NCBI GenBank assembly: GCA_051313645.2
Contig: JBNRSN020000009.1
Location: 149,916,001-149,980,000, forward strand
From: Centroscyllium fabricii
Taxonomy: Eukaryota
Direction of reading: 5' to 3'
Length of the DNA stretch: 64,000 nt
Positions 24,865-36,180 of the stretch are shown here, piece by piece (the stretch's first letter is position 1; the number at the start of each line of letters is the position of its first letter). The position numbers and the translations under genes were made by a program. The notes beneath the pieces were generated by a model that was given only the letters and a program-made list of their open reading frames with translations, was not told where the DNA came from and searched no databases.

Positions 24865-26404
24865 GTAAATATCTGTCCCCTCATTCACTGCAGGGTGTGA
24901 GGAAACACCCAGTCTGGTATGATCTATCACCGGGGAGAGTGTAGATATCCAAACATTGCTGTCAGGCACACATCGATCACCAGACCCACTTTAAAAATCT
25001 TTGAACATATGCAGGAAAATTTCAAGTTGTCTGTTTCCAGCATGATTGACACGGGATTAGGCACAGTGTGTATCACGGACGATACAACTGGGTGCTTATT
25101 CAGCAGGGTAAGGGTCACTCACTGTAACTGTACAGTCACTGTTTATTCAGGGTAAGGGTCACTCACTGTAACTGTACAGAGTCACTGTTTATTCAGGGTA
25201 AGGGTCACTCACTAACTGTACAGAGTCACTGTTTATTCAGAGTAAGGGTCACTCACTAACTGTACAGAGTCACTGTTTATTCAGGGTAAGGGTCACTCAC
25301 TAACTGTACAGAGTCACTGTTTATTCAGGGTAAGGGTCACTCACTGTGTAACTGTACAGAGTCACTGTTTATTCAGGGTAAGGGTCACTCACTGTAACTG
25401 TACAGAGTCACTGTTTATTCAGGGTAAGGGTCACTCACTGTAACTGTACAGAGTCACTGTTTATTCAGGGTAAGGGTCACTCACTGTAACTGTACAGATT
25501 CACTGTTTATTCAGGGTAGGGGTCACTCACTGTAACTATACAGAGTCACTGTTTATTCAGGGTAAGGGTCACTCACTAACTGTACAGAGTCACTGTTTAT
25601 TCAGGGTAGGGGTCACTCACTGTAACTATACAGAGTCACTTTATTCAGGGTAAGGGTCACTCACTGTAACTGTAGAGTCACTGTTTATTCAGGGTAAGGG
25701 TCACTCACTAACTGTACAGAGTCACTGTTTATTCAGGGTAAGGGTCACTCACTGTAACTGTACAGAGTCACTGTTTATTCAGGGTAAGGGTCACTCACTG
25801 TAACTGTACAGAGTCACTGTTTATTCAGGGTAAGGGTCACTCACTGTAACTGTACAGAGTCACTGTTTATTCAGGGTAAGGGTCACTCACTGTAACTGTA
25901 CAGAGTCACTGTTTATTCAGGGTAAGGGTCACTCACTGTAACTGTACAGAGTCACTGTTTATTCAGGGTAAGGGTCACTCACTGACTGTACAGATTCACT
26001 GTTTATTCAGGGTAAGGGTCACTCACTGTAACTGTACAGAGTCACTGTTTATTCAGGGTAGGGGTCACTCACTAACTATACAGAGTCACTTTATTCAGGG
26101 TAAGGGTCACTCACTGTAACTGTACAGAGTCACTGTTTATTCAGGGTAAGGGTCACTCACTGTAACTGTACAGAGTCACTGTTTATTCAGGGTAAGGGTC
26201 ACTCACTGTAACTGTACAGAGTCACTGTTTATTCAGGGTAAGGGTCACTCACTGTGTAACTGTACAGAGTCACTGTTTATTCAGGGTAAGGGTCACTCAC
26301 TGTAACTGTACAGTCACTGTTTATTCAGGGTAAGGGTCACTCACTGTAACTGTACAGTCACTGTTTATTCAGGGTAAGGGTCACTCACTGTGTAACTGTA
26401 CAGA

Positions 26405-27947
26405 TGCAAGAAGTCACACAACACCAGGTTATAGTCCAGCTGTGTATCTCCAACCAACACAGTACCTCCAGCCAACGCTGTACACCAGATACATCAACGA
26501 CATTTTCCTCCTGTGGACCCACGGCGAAGAATCACTGAAAAGACTACACGATAACATAAACAAGTTCCATCCCACCATCAAACTCACCATTGACTACTCC
26601 TCAGAATCGGTTTCATTCTTGGACACACGAATCTCCATCAAAGACGGACACCTCAGCACTTCCCTTGACCGCAAACCCACGGACAACCTCACGGTGCTCC
26701 ACTACTCCAGCTTCCACCCAAACCACGTTAAACAGCCATCCCCTATGGACAAGCCCTGCGAATACACAGGATCTGCTCAGACGAGGAGGAACGCGACGGA
26801 CACCTACAGACACTGAAAGGCGCCCTCGTAAGAACAGGATATGACACTCGACTCATCGATCGACAGTTCCGAAGGACCACAACGAAAAATCGCATAGACC
26901 TCCTCAGAAGACGACCACGGGACACAACCAACAGAGTACCCTTTGTCGTCCAGTACTTCCCCGGAGCGGAGAAACTACGCCATGTTCTTCGCAGCCTTCA
27001 ACATGTCATTGATGACGACGAACACCTCGCTAAGGCCATCCCCACGCCTCCACTACTCGCCTTCAAACAGCCACCTTAACCTCAAACAGACTATCGTTCG
27101 CAGCAAATTACACAGCCTTCAGGAGAACAGCAACCACGACACCACACAACCCTACCACAGGAACCTCTGCAAAACGTGCCAAATCATCAGCACAGATACC
27201 ATCATCACACGTGAGGACACCACACACCAGGTACATGGTACATACTCATGCAACTCGACCAATGTTGTCTACCTCATACGTTGCAGGAAAGGATGCCCCG
27301 GGGCATGGTACATCGGCGAGACCATGCAGACACTTCGACAACGGATGAATGGACACCGCACACCAATTGCCAGGCAGGAGTGTTCCCTCCCAGTCGGGGA
27401 ACATTTCAGCAGTGAAGGACATTCAGCCTCCGATCTTCGGGTAAGCATTCTCCAAAGCGGCCTTCGAGACACACGACAACGCAAAATCGTTGAGCAGAGG
27501 CTGATAGCCAAATTCCGCACCCATGAGGACGGTCTCAACCGTGATATCAGCTTCATGTCACACTACATGTGACCCTGCCTGACGTAGAGTCATCCAGACC
27601 AGAGACATCTTTGTCTTGTAAGGAAATTCCTTTGTTAAAAATCATTCTGTGTGTTTTGCAGCATTTGACCCCTTGTGACTGTGCCTCATTGATCTCAGAC
27701 TGATATGTTAAAATATGTTAATACGCCTTTGTGTGCTCTGTCTATCTCTGCTAAGGTGAGATGTGGGAGATCAGATTTCTCTCTCCCTTCCATATGTGCG
27801 TTCTTTAAGTCAGCTTCTCTTTCGCCTGATGAAGGGGCAGACGCTCCGAAAGCTTGTGATTTAAAATAAAACTGTTGGACTATAACCTGGTGTTGTGTGA
27901 CTTCTTGCATTTGTCCACCCCAGTCCAACACCGGCATCTCCACATCA
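26405..27947 (+). mobile_element. 5'-truncated Penelope-like element (RT C-terminus + GIY-YIG endonuclease) inserted in the 46-bp satellite
   Basis: RYIND..FLD..KPT RT motifs and NVVYLIRC..YIGET..RMNGH..GLN GIY-YIG motifs. Short inverted copy of the 3' end at the 5' end. TSD TAACTGTACAGA. Confidence 0.92.
27822..27859 (+). ncRNA. Minimal type I hammerhead ribozyme in a Penelope terminal repeat
   Basis: TCGC-CTGATGA-A-GGGGC(AGAC)GCTCC-GAAA-GCTT-GTGA: catalytic core, stem II, palindromic AAGCTT stem III and stem I TCGC/GTGA. Confidence 0.75.
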
Positions 27948-29920
27948 TAACTGTACAGAGTCACTGTTTATTCAGGGTAAGGGTCACTCACTGTAACTGT
28001 ACAGAGTCACTGTTTATTCAGGGTAAGGGTCACTCACTGTAACTGTACAGAGTCACTGTTTATTCAGGGTAAGGGTCACTCACTGTAACTGTACAGAGTC
28101 ACTGTTTATTCAGGGTAAAGGTCACTCACTAACTGTACAGAGTCACTGTTTATTCAGGGTAGGGGTCACTCACTGTAACTATACAGAGTCACTGTTTATT
28201 CAGGGTAAGGGTCACTCACTGTAACTGTACAGAGCCAATGTTTATTCAGGGTAAGGGCCACTCACTGTGTAACTGTACAGAGTCACTGTTTATTCAGGGT
28301 AAGGGTCACTCACTGTAACTGTACAGAGTTACTGTTTATTCAGGTTAAGGGTCACTCACTGTACCTGTACAGAGTCACTGTTTATTCAGGGTAAGGGTCA
28401 CTCACTAACTGTACAGAGTCACTGTTTATTCAGGGTAAGGGTCACTCACTGTAACTGTACAGAGTCACTTTATTCAGGGTAAGGGTCACTCACTGTAATT
28501 GTACAGAGTCACTGTTTATTCAGGGTACGGGTCACTCACTAACTGTACAGAGTCACTGTTTATTCAGGGTAAGGGTCACTCACTGTGTAACTGTACAGAG
28601 TCACTGTTTATTCAGGGTAAGGGTCACTCACTGTAATTGTACAGAGTCACTGTTTATTCAGGGTAAGGGTCACTCACTGTAACTGATAAGAGTCACTGTT
28701 TATTCAGGGTAAGGGTCACTCACTAACTGTACAGAGTCACTGTTTATTCAGGGTAGGGGTCACTCACTGTAACTATACAGAGTCACTGTTTATTCAGGGT
28801 AAGGGTCACTCACTGTAACTGTACAGAGTCACTGTTTATTCAGGGTAGGGGTCACTCACTGTAACTATACAGAGTCACTTTATTCAGGGTAAGGGTCACT
28901 CACTGTAACTGTACAGAGTTACTGTTTATTCAGGTTAAGGGTCACTCACTGTACCTGTACAGAGTCACTGTTTATTCAGGGTAAGGGTCACTCACTAACT
29001 GTACAGAATCACTGTTTATTCAGGGTAAGGGTCACTCACTGTAACTGTACCGAGTCACTGTTTATTCAGGGTAAGGGTCACTCACTAACTGTACAGAGTC
29101 ACTGTTTATTCAGGGTAAGGGTCACTCACTGTAACTGTACAGGGTCACTGTTTATTCAGGTTAAGGGTCACTCACTGTAACTGTACAGAGTCACTGTTTA
29201 TTCAGGGTAAGGGTCACTCACTGTGTAACTGTACAGAGTCACTGTCTATTCAGGGTAAGGGTCACTCACTAACTGTACAGAGTCACTGTTTATTCAGGGT
29301 AAGGGTCACTCACTAACTGTACAGAGTCACTGTTTATTCAGGGTAAGGGTCACTCACTGTAACTATACAGAGTCACTGTTTATTCCGGGTAAGGGTCACT
29401 CACTAGCTGTACAGAGTCACTGTTTATTCAGGGTAAGGGTCACTCACTGTGTAACTACAGAATCCATGGTTTTCCATCCAGAATGGATCCTCAATCCCAG
29501 CGGAAGGCTCCATTTCAGGAGCGCCATCACATACCAGCTCTTCCTGACGGACTGGCACAAAAAGAGACCTTTGCCACTTTGGTGCACCCGGTGCTGAGCT
29601 GCACCCACTGGTAAACCTCCCCCCCACCAGCCATCTGCTGTTATTTTTGGGTGGACAATCATGGGCTGGTGATGCGCGACCTCCCGATATGTGCTCACGG
29701 TGGGTACAGCTCCACACTGGGAGTGCTGCAATGGAACGTTTCCACTTGAAATTGTCAGTCTCATTCACAGACCACAAGGACATCTTGTGTGGGAAATGGG
29801 AATGTCAGACTGGGCCAGAAGGGGATACTCCTGATCCTAAGGCTGAAGGTTAGTGCAGAGTAGGTGAAAAATCAACTACCTGTTCAAAATAGAACAAAGA
29901 TTGAAGGACTGTGATGGACT

Positions 29921-30264
29921 ACACGGTGTCGCAGTGGTTAGCACTGCTACCTCGCAATAAGGAGCTCCTGGGTTCGAATCCTGCTTGGCCCGGGACCTCT
30001 CTGCATGGAGTTTGCATGTTCTCCCCGTGTTCGTGTGGGTTTCCTCTGGTTTCCTCCCACCACCCAAAGACATGCAGGTTAGGTGAATTGGAGATACTAG
30101 AAATTGCCCATGAGTATGTGTGTGAGATATAGTTCTTAGAATTGGGGGATATGGGGAGAGGGTAGGAGGGGGGTGCTGAGTTTGGATGATCAGCCATGAT
30201 CTCATTGAATGGCAGAGCAGGCTCGAATGGCCGACTCCTGCTCCTATCCTCTGTGTTTCTGTGT
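29921..30264 (+). mobile_element. tRNA-derived V-type/HE1-like SINE, same family as 5804-6169
   Basis: Near-identical to the reverse complement of 5804-6169. Confidence 0.85.
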
Positions 30265-30406
30265 TTAAAGACTCCGCGCCATCATTGATTTTGTTGATTG
30301 ATTTTTTATACAAATGAAGTTTTTCTTCATCTAAATCCCTGGTGACAGATTCCAGGGGTGCTGTGAATCGACAACTTATTCCCGTTGTTCCCGTTGCTTT
30401 GTTTAG

Positions 30407-30483
30407 ACTGCGGTGGACTTCTGACCGCTCTGGAAGGATCTCTGGCCACTCCCAAACACCCCGAGCAGTATCCACACAGGCAG
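30407..30483 (+). CDS. MFRP: MFRP exon, start of CUB2 (DCGGLLTALEGSLATPKHPEQYPHRQ)
   Basis: Acceptor gtttag, donor CAG|gtaggt, 77 nt, phase 1/0. Resembles the recalled human MFRP segment [24 protein letters not shown]. Confidence 0.92.
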
Positions 30484-31075
30484 GTAGGTAAACTGGGCAC
30501 AGCATTAATAAAATCCCATCCCCTTTACTGATCCTTCACCTCCGCCAGTCCCAGCCTGACTCTACTATCCACCAGCCCCAGACTGACCATTGTAGCACCT
30601 CACCATTCCAGACCGAGGCCCAGCGATCGACCTCTTTCTCCAGTTTTATCCACTCCTCTCCTGGGGTTGGTCCAATGGGCACCAGTCCCGATGGCACCTC
30701 ACCTAAAGTAGAAATTCTTCATCTGTAAGAGAGAAAGATTTGCACCCATCAGTGTGGCTAGGCAATGCAGTTCCAGAAATGGAGATTTTAACAGTCACTA
30801 TGAAAGAAAGAAAGACTTGACTTTATATAGCGCCTTTCATGGCCTCAGGATGTCCCAAAGTGCTTTACAGCCAATTAAGTACATTTTTGAAATGTAGTTA
30901 CAATTGTACTGTGGGGATCGCAGCAGCCAATTTGCGTGCAGGAAGATCCCACACACAGCAATGATATAATGACCAGAAAATCTGCTTCAGCAATATTGGT
31001 TAGGAACCTGGGAGCACTCCCCTGCTCTTCTTTGAATAATGTTACAGGATCTTTTATGTCCACCTCAAAAGCAGA

Positions 31076-31205
31076 ATTCAATTCAATTCAATTCAAGTTT
31101 TATTGTCATTGCAGAGTACTAGTACAATACAACGAGACGAAGACTCACCGCTCCCGAGAGTAGTGCAAATAATTTACATGCAAATTGCATACAGTAAAGT
31201 ACAGT
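31076..31205 (-). mobile_element. Rex1 3' UTR stub inserted in a DeuSINE
   Basis: Near-identical to 14319-14450, including the (TTGAA)n tail. Confidence 0.8.
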
Positions 31206-32467
31206 AAAGAAGGGGCCTTGGTTAACATCTTAACTGAAAAACGGCACCTCGACAGTGCAGCACTCCCTTAGTACTGCACTGGGAGTGTCCGCCTGCCTTC
31301 TGTGCTCAAGTCTCTGGAATGGGACTTGAATCTATGACCTTCTGACTCAGAGGCGAGAGAGCTGCCCCCTGAGCCACGGCTGACCCCTATTAAACTACAT
31401 GGCAAGCGTTGGAAAGCTATTTGACGATTCTAATGCCTGAGATTAACCACCAGGGCACAGATCGGGGCCTGACTCTGGGCTCTTGTGGTCAGAGACAAAT
31501 TGTCCTCGACAACTGAGCATCAAAGGAGCAAGCAGGAGGTGTGAGACGCAAACAAACTCTGTACGGCAGAACGAGACGGTTTGTAACATGGGCTGTGCCA
31601 CTATAAGAAACTCCAGATGTTCATGTGCATTTGATTAATGCACATTGTTCAGTCTGGTCTGTGTGTGGTCAGAGTAGCAGCAGCTCCATTACTAATACAT
31701 TTTGATATATGACTAGATGGAAAAATAAAAATACTTTGCTCCACTTCATCTGTGCCCGTCTGTCTCGCTGTTTCTCTCCAGTTACCCATCTAACTGTGCC
31801 CGTCTGTCTCGCTGTTTCTCTCCAGTTACCCATCTAACTGTGCCCGTCTGTCTAGCAATTTCCCATCTTAAGCTTCTCCTCTTCTCTCCTGAAGGCACTG
31901 ATTCTTATTGGGGCATAGTTCCAAGGGTGCACACCAGAACCAAGTGGCCATTCTATGTGAGCCTAGGCTGAGAGTGTTGACAGGCTATTTGACCATGGGA
32001 GGCATGACAACTGAGCCCCCATCGCAACTTCACCCGACGTTAACACAGGAGCATTTTCCAGCTGGAAGTGCTAGATACTAATGAGGAGAAAGAATGTGTC
32101 TGTGTCTGTTTCTCCCCTCTCCATCCCAGAGGTACTGAGACCAACTGTCCTGCTCCAACCAAGATCAGCTATTTCAGCACAGACCAGCGATTGAACTTGG
32201 GTGTCAGGCTTGGCTCGGTGGTAGCACGCTCACTGCTGAGTTAAAAGCGCCACTCCAGAGACTTGAATACATAACCAAGGCTGACACTTCAGCGCTGCAC
32301 TGTCGGACGTGCTGTCTTTCAGATGAGGTGTTAAACCGGACCCCGTCTGCCCTCTCGGGTGGATGTAAAAGATCCCAATGGCACTATTTTGAAGAAGAGC
32401 AGGGGAGTTCCCTTGCAGTCCTGGCCAATATTTATTCCTCAACCAACATCACTAAAACAGTTTAATT

Positions 32468-32646
32468 GCAAGAAGTCACACAACACCAGATTATAGTCCA
32501 ACAGTTTTATTTTAAATCACAAGCTTTCGGTTTTATTTTAAATCACAAAGCTTTTTTGATTTAAAATAAAACTGTTGGACTATAATCTGGTGTTGTGTGA
32601 CTTCTTGCATTTGTCCACCCCAGTCCAACACCGGCACCTCCACATT
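32468..32646 (+). mobile_element. Mini palindromic Penelope-like insertion (terminal repeat only) inside a DeuSINE
   Basis: Inverted repeat of the same 3' terminus as 26405-27947 plus the same tail. TSD ACAGTTTAATTG. Confidence 0.85.
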
Positions 32647-33017
32647 ACAGTTTAATTGGTCATTGATCCCATTGCTGTTTGTGGGATCTTGCTGTGTGCA
32701 AATTGGCTGCTGCATTTCCTACATTACAACAGTGATTACACTTCAAAAAGTATTGTAAAGCACTTTGGGATGTCCTGAGATGTGAAAGGTGCTATATAAA
32801 TGCAAGATCTTCCTAACGTGTATGCATCTACCCACAGAGCCTTGGCAATCCGTGCATCGACAGGCCACTCTATCAGCTCCTCTCTTTGTCTATTTATCTC
32901 TTTCCCAATGTAAGTAGTAATTAGAATTGCCTCAATGAAGGACTCTCAATAAGTTGATGGTATAATCTTACACAGACTGTGTTATTCGGTAATTCCTGTG
33001 TTCTGTTGTTATTGTAG

Positions 33018-33166
33018 GTGTGTGTGTGGCACATCTCAATCCCTCAGGGTCACGTAGTCCAGTTGTTGTTCCACAACTTCAGCCTGGAGTCCGCGGCAGA
33101 CTGTCGCTATGACTTTGTGGAGGTGCATGACCGAGCCAGCAGCAGTCCCAGCAGCCTCATGGGCAG
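33018..33166 (+). CDS. MFRP: MFRP exon, CUB2 middle (VCVWHISIPQGHVVQLLFHNFSLESAADCRYDFVEVHDRASSSPSSLMGR)
   Basis: Acceptor ttgtag, donor AG|gtaatg, 149 nt, phase 0/2. CUB motifs CxWxI, FxxFxLE and CxYDxVEV. Confidence 0.95.
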
Positions 33167-33597
33167 GTAATGTGTACAAAATACCCACAGTGTGGAATTA
33201 ACAGGCTCCGTGCAGTATAACAGTCACCTTTCACCTCTGGGACCCAGATTTAAAGCTCCCGCCTGCGGAAGGTCTCTTCCCTCACATGGCGAATGGGGTG
33301 ACCACAAGCGAGCTGGCACACAGCGTCGTGCGGAGGAGAGGAAGGGTTTGAGTTGCACGCTGCTCCGGTCCTGGCCTGAGCCATGTTGAGTAGAGGCTGC
33401 TGTGTCTTACAGCCCTGGGGACAGGAGGAATAGTCAGAGGGGAGAGTGACACCTAGGCGGTCCCAGGAGCCTCCTGACGGCCAGTTACAAGGGGACGGGG
33501 GTAGCATGTGTGCCTGAACTCTCAGCTGCATGAGACCAGGTGGGAAAAGAAATGGGAGTAAAAAGCACAAAGTAAAGCTGCTCCTTTTCTTTTAAAG

Positions 33598-33728
33598 ATA
33601 CTGTGGGGACTTGCTCCCCCCGACTCTGACGTCGCCCCGACACGAGATGTTGGTTCTTTTTGTGGCTGATGAGGGCGAATCAGACGTGGGATTCTTTGCC
33701 ACCTACCGGTCAATCAACAGAAGCGAGA
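33598..33728 (+). CDS. MFRP: MFRP exon, CUB2 end (YCGDLLPPTLTSPRHEMLVLFVADEGESDVGFFATYRSINRSE)
   Basis: Acceptor ctttttaaag, donor A|gtaaga, 131 nt, phase 2/1. CUB motifs YCG, FxxD and GFxAxY. Confidence 0.94.
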
Positions 33729-33974
33729 GTAAGAAATGGCGCTCAAACAAGCCTCACGGAATTGTATTTATTAATCAATTCTGTTTAAGGTTTCTGATTT
33801 GCTTTGGTTTCTTCCTGTGCTGTACAACCTCAAGAAAGGAAACAAGTGGCCCAGCTCCTCTCGGGACCATCAGTGTACAAATGACAGAGTGGATGAGAGG
33901 AGTTTGCTCTCGCCCTCAATGACCCTTCATACTATACCGGCTAATGCCCTGGAGTGCTCACTTGGCACATCAAT

Positions 33975-36180
33975 GCCAACTTGTGCAGAATTTGAAACAT
34001 AAAATTCTGGCAGGGCTAGACAGACTGGATACAGGGAGGATGTTTCCCCTGGCTGGGAGGTCTAGAACGAGGGGACACAGTCTCAGGATATGGGGTAGGA
34101 CATTTAGGACTGAGATGAGGAGAAAGTTCTTCACTCAGAGGGTGGTGAACCTGTGGAATTATCTACCACAGAAGGCTGTGGAGGCCAGGTCACTGAATAT
34201 ATTTAAGAAGGAGATAGATAGATTTCTAGACACAAAAGGCATCAAGGGGTATGGGGAGAGGGCGAGAATATGGTATTAGAGTCATAGAATCATAGAAAGT
34301 TACAGCATGGACGGAGGCCATTTCAGCCCATCGTGTCCGTGCCGGCCAACAAAGAGCTATCCAGCTTAATCCCACTTCCCAGCTCTTGGTCTGTAGCCCT
34401 GCTGGTTAGAGCATCCCAAGAGCACATCCAAGTACTTTTTAAATGCGGTTAGGGTTCCTGCCTCTACCACCCTTTCAAGCAGTGAATTCCAGACCCACAC
34501 AACCCTCTGGATGAAGACATTTCCCCTCAAATCCCCTCTAAACCTTCCACCAATTACTTTAAATCTGTGCCCCCTGGTTTTTGACCCCTCTGCTAAGGGA
34601 AATAGGTCCTTTCTATCCACTCTATCTAGGCCCCTCATAATTTTATACACCTCAATAAGGTCTCCCCTCCCCAAGTCAGCATGGATTTGTGAAAGGGAAA
34701 TCATGCTTGACAAATCTTCTGTAATTCTTTGAGGATGTTTCCAATAGAATAGACAAGGGAGAACCAGTGGATGTGGTGTACTTGGACTTTCAGAAGGCTT
34801 GCGACAAGGTCCCACACAAGAGATTGGTGTGCAAAGTTAAAGCACATGGGATTGGGGGTAATGTATTGACGTGGATTGAGAACTGGTTGGCACACAGGAA
34901 ACAAAGAGTAGGAGTAAATGGGCAGTTTTCAGAATGGCAGGCAGTGACCAGCGGGGTACCGCAAGGTTCGGTGCTATGGCCCCAGCTGTTTACATTATAT
35001 ATTAATGATTTGGACGAAGGTATTAAATGTTGTATCTCCAAATTTGCGGATGACACTAAATTGGGAGGCAGTGTGAACTGCGAGGAGGATGCTAAGAGGC
35101 TACAGAGTGACTTGGACAGGTTAGGTGAATGGGCAAATGTATGGCAGATGAAGTACAATGTGGATAAATGTGAGGTTATCCACTTTGGTGGTAAAAATAG
35201 AAAGACAGACTATTATCTGAATGGTGACAGACTAGGGAAAGGGGAGGTGCAATGAGACCTGGGATACATGGTACATCAGTCACTGAAGGTGGAAATGCAG
35301 GTACAGCAGGCAGTTAAGAAAGCAAATGGCATGTTGGCCTTCATAGCGAGGGGATTTGAGTACAGGAGTAAGGAGGCGTTGCTACAGTTGTACAGGGCCT
35401 TGGTGAGGCCACACTTGGAGTATTGTGTGCAGTTTTGGTCTCCTAACTTGAGGAAGGACATTCTTGCTATTGAGGGAGTGCAGCGAAGGTTTACTATATT
35501 GATTCCCGGGATGGCCGGACTGACCTATCAAGAAAGACTGGATCAACTGAACTTGTACTCTCTGGAGTTCAGAAGAATGAGGGGGGATCTCATAGAAACG
35601 TTTAAAATCCTGACTGGTTTAGACAGGTTCGATGCGGGCAGAATGTTCCCAATGTCGGGGAAGTCCAGAACCAGGGGGCACAGACTAAGGATAAGGGGTA
35701 TGCCATTTAGGACCGAGATGAGGAGAAACTTCTTCACCCAGAGAGTGGTGAACCTGTGGAATTCTCTACCACAGAAAGTTGTTGAGGCCAGTTCACCAAA
35801 TATATTCAAAAGGGAGTTAGATGTAATACTTACAACTAGGGGGATCAAGGGATATGGCGAGAAAGCAGGAACGGGGTACTGATGTAGCATGTTCAGCCAT
35901 GAACGTATTAAATGGCGGTGCAGGCTCGAAGGGCCGAATGGTCTACTCCTGCACCTATTTTCTATGTTTCTATGTTTCTCAGCCTCCTCTGTTCCAAGGA
36001 AAACAGCCCCAGGCTATCCAGTCTTTCCTCATAGCTAAGGTTATCTACTCCCGGCAACATCCTTGTAAATCTCCTCTGTACCCTCCCTAGTGCAATCACA
36101 TCTTTCCTGTAATGTGGTGACCAGAACTGCACGCAGTACTCTAGCTGAGGCCTAACTAGTATTTTTCTATGTTTCTATGT
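33975..36180. mobile_element. Cluster of nested CR1 LINE fragments: + ~33975-34277, - ~34278-34665, + ~34670-35977, - ~35978-36160
   Basis: ORFs 34767-35255 (YLDFQKA, GVPQGS, KFADD) and 35268-35882; the minus-strand CR1 resumes after the inserted plus-strand copy. Confidence 0.9.

Larger units (their letters stand above)
25100..29458. repeat. 46-bp satellite (44/48-bp variants), split by a Penelope element at 26405-27947
   Basis: Unit CACTGTTTATTCAGGGTAAGGGTCACTCACTGTAACTGTACAGAGT. Confidence 0.97.

Noticed and set aside
23640-29458. CRISPR-like regular repeats (19-bp and 46-bp arrays)
   Set aside because: Head-to-tail satellites with no unique spacers and no cas genes, in a eukaryotic intron.
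29921-29995. tRNA-like sequence (also ~6095-6169, 13025-13095, 58119-58185)
   Set aside because: These are SINE heads continuing into SINE bodies, not tRNA genes.
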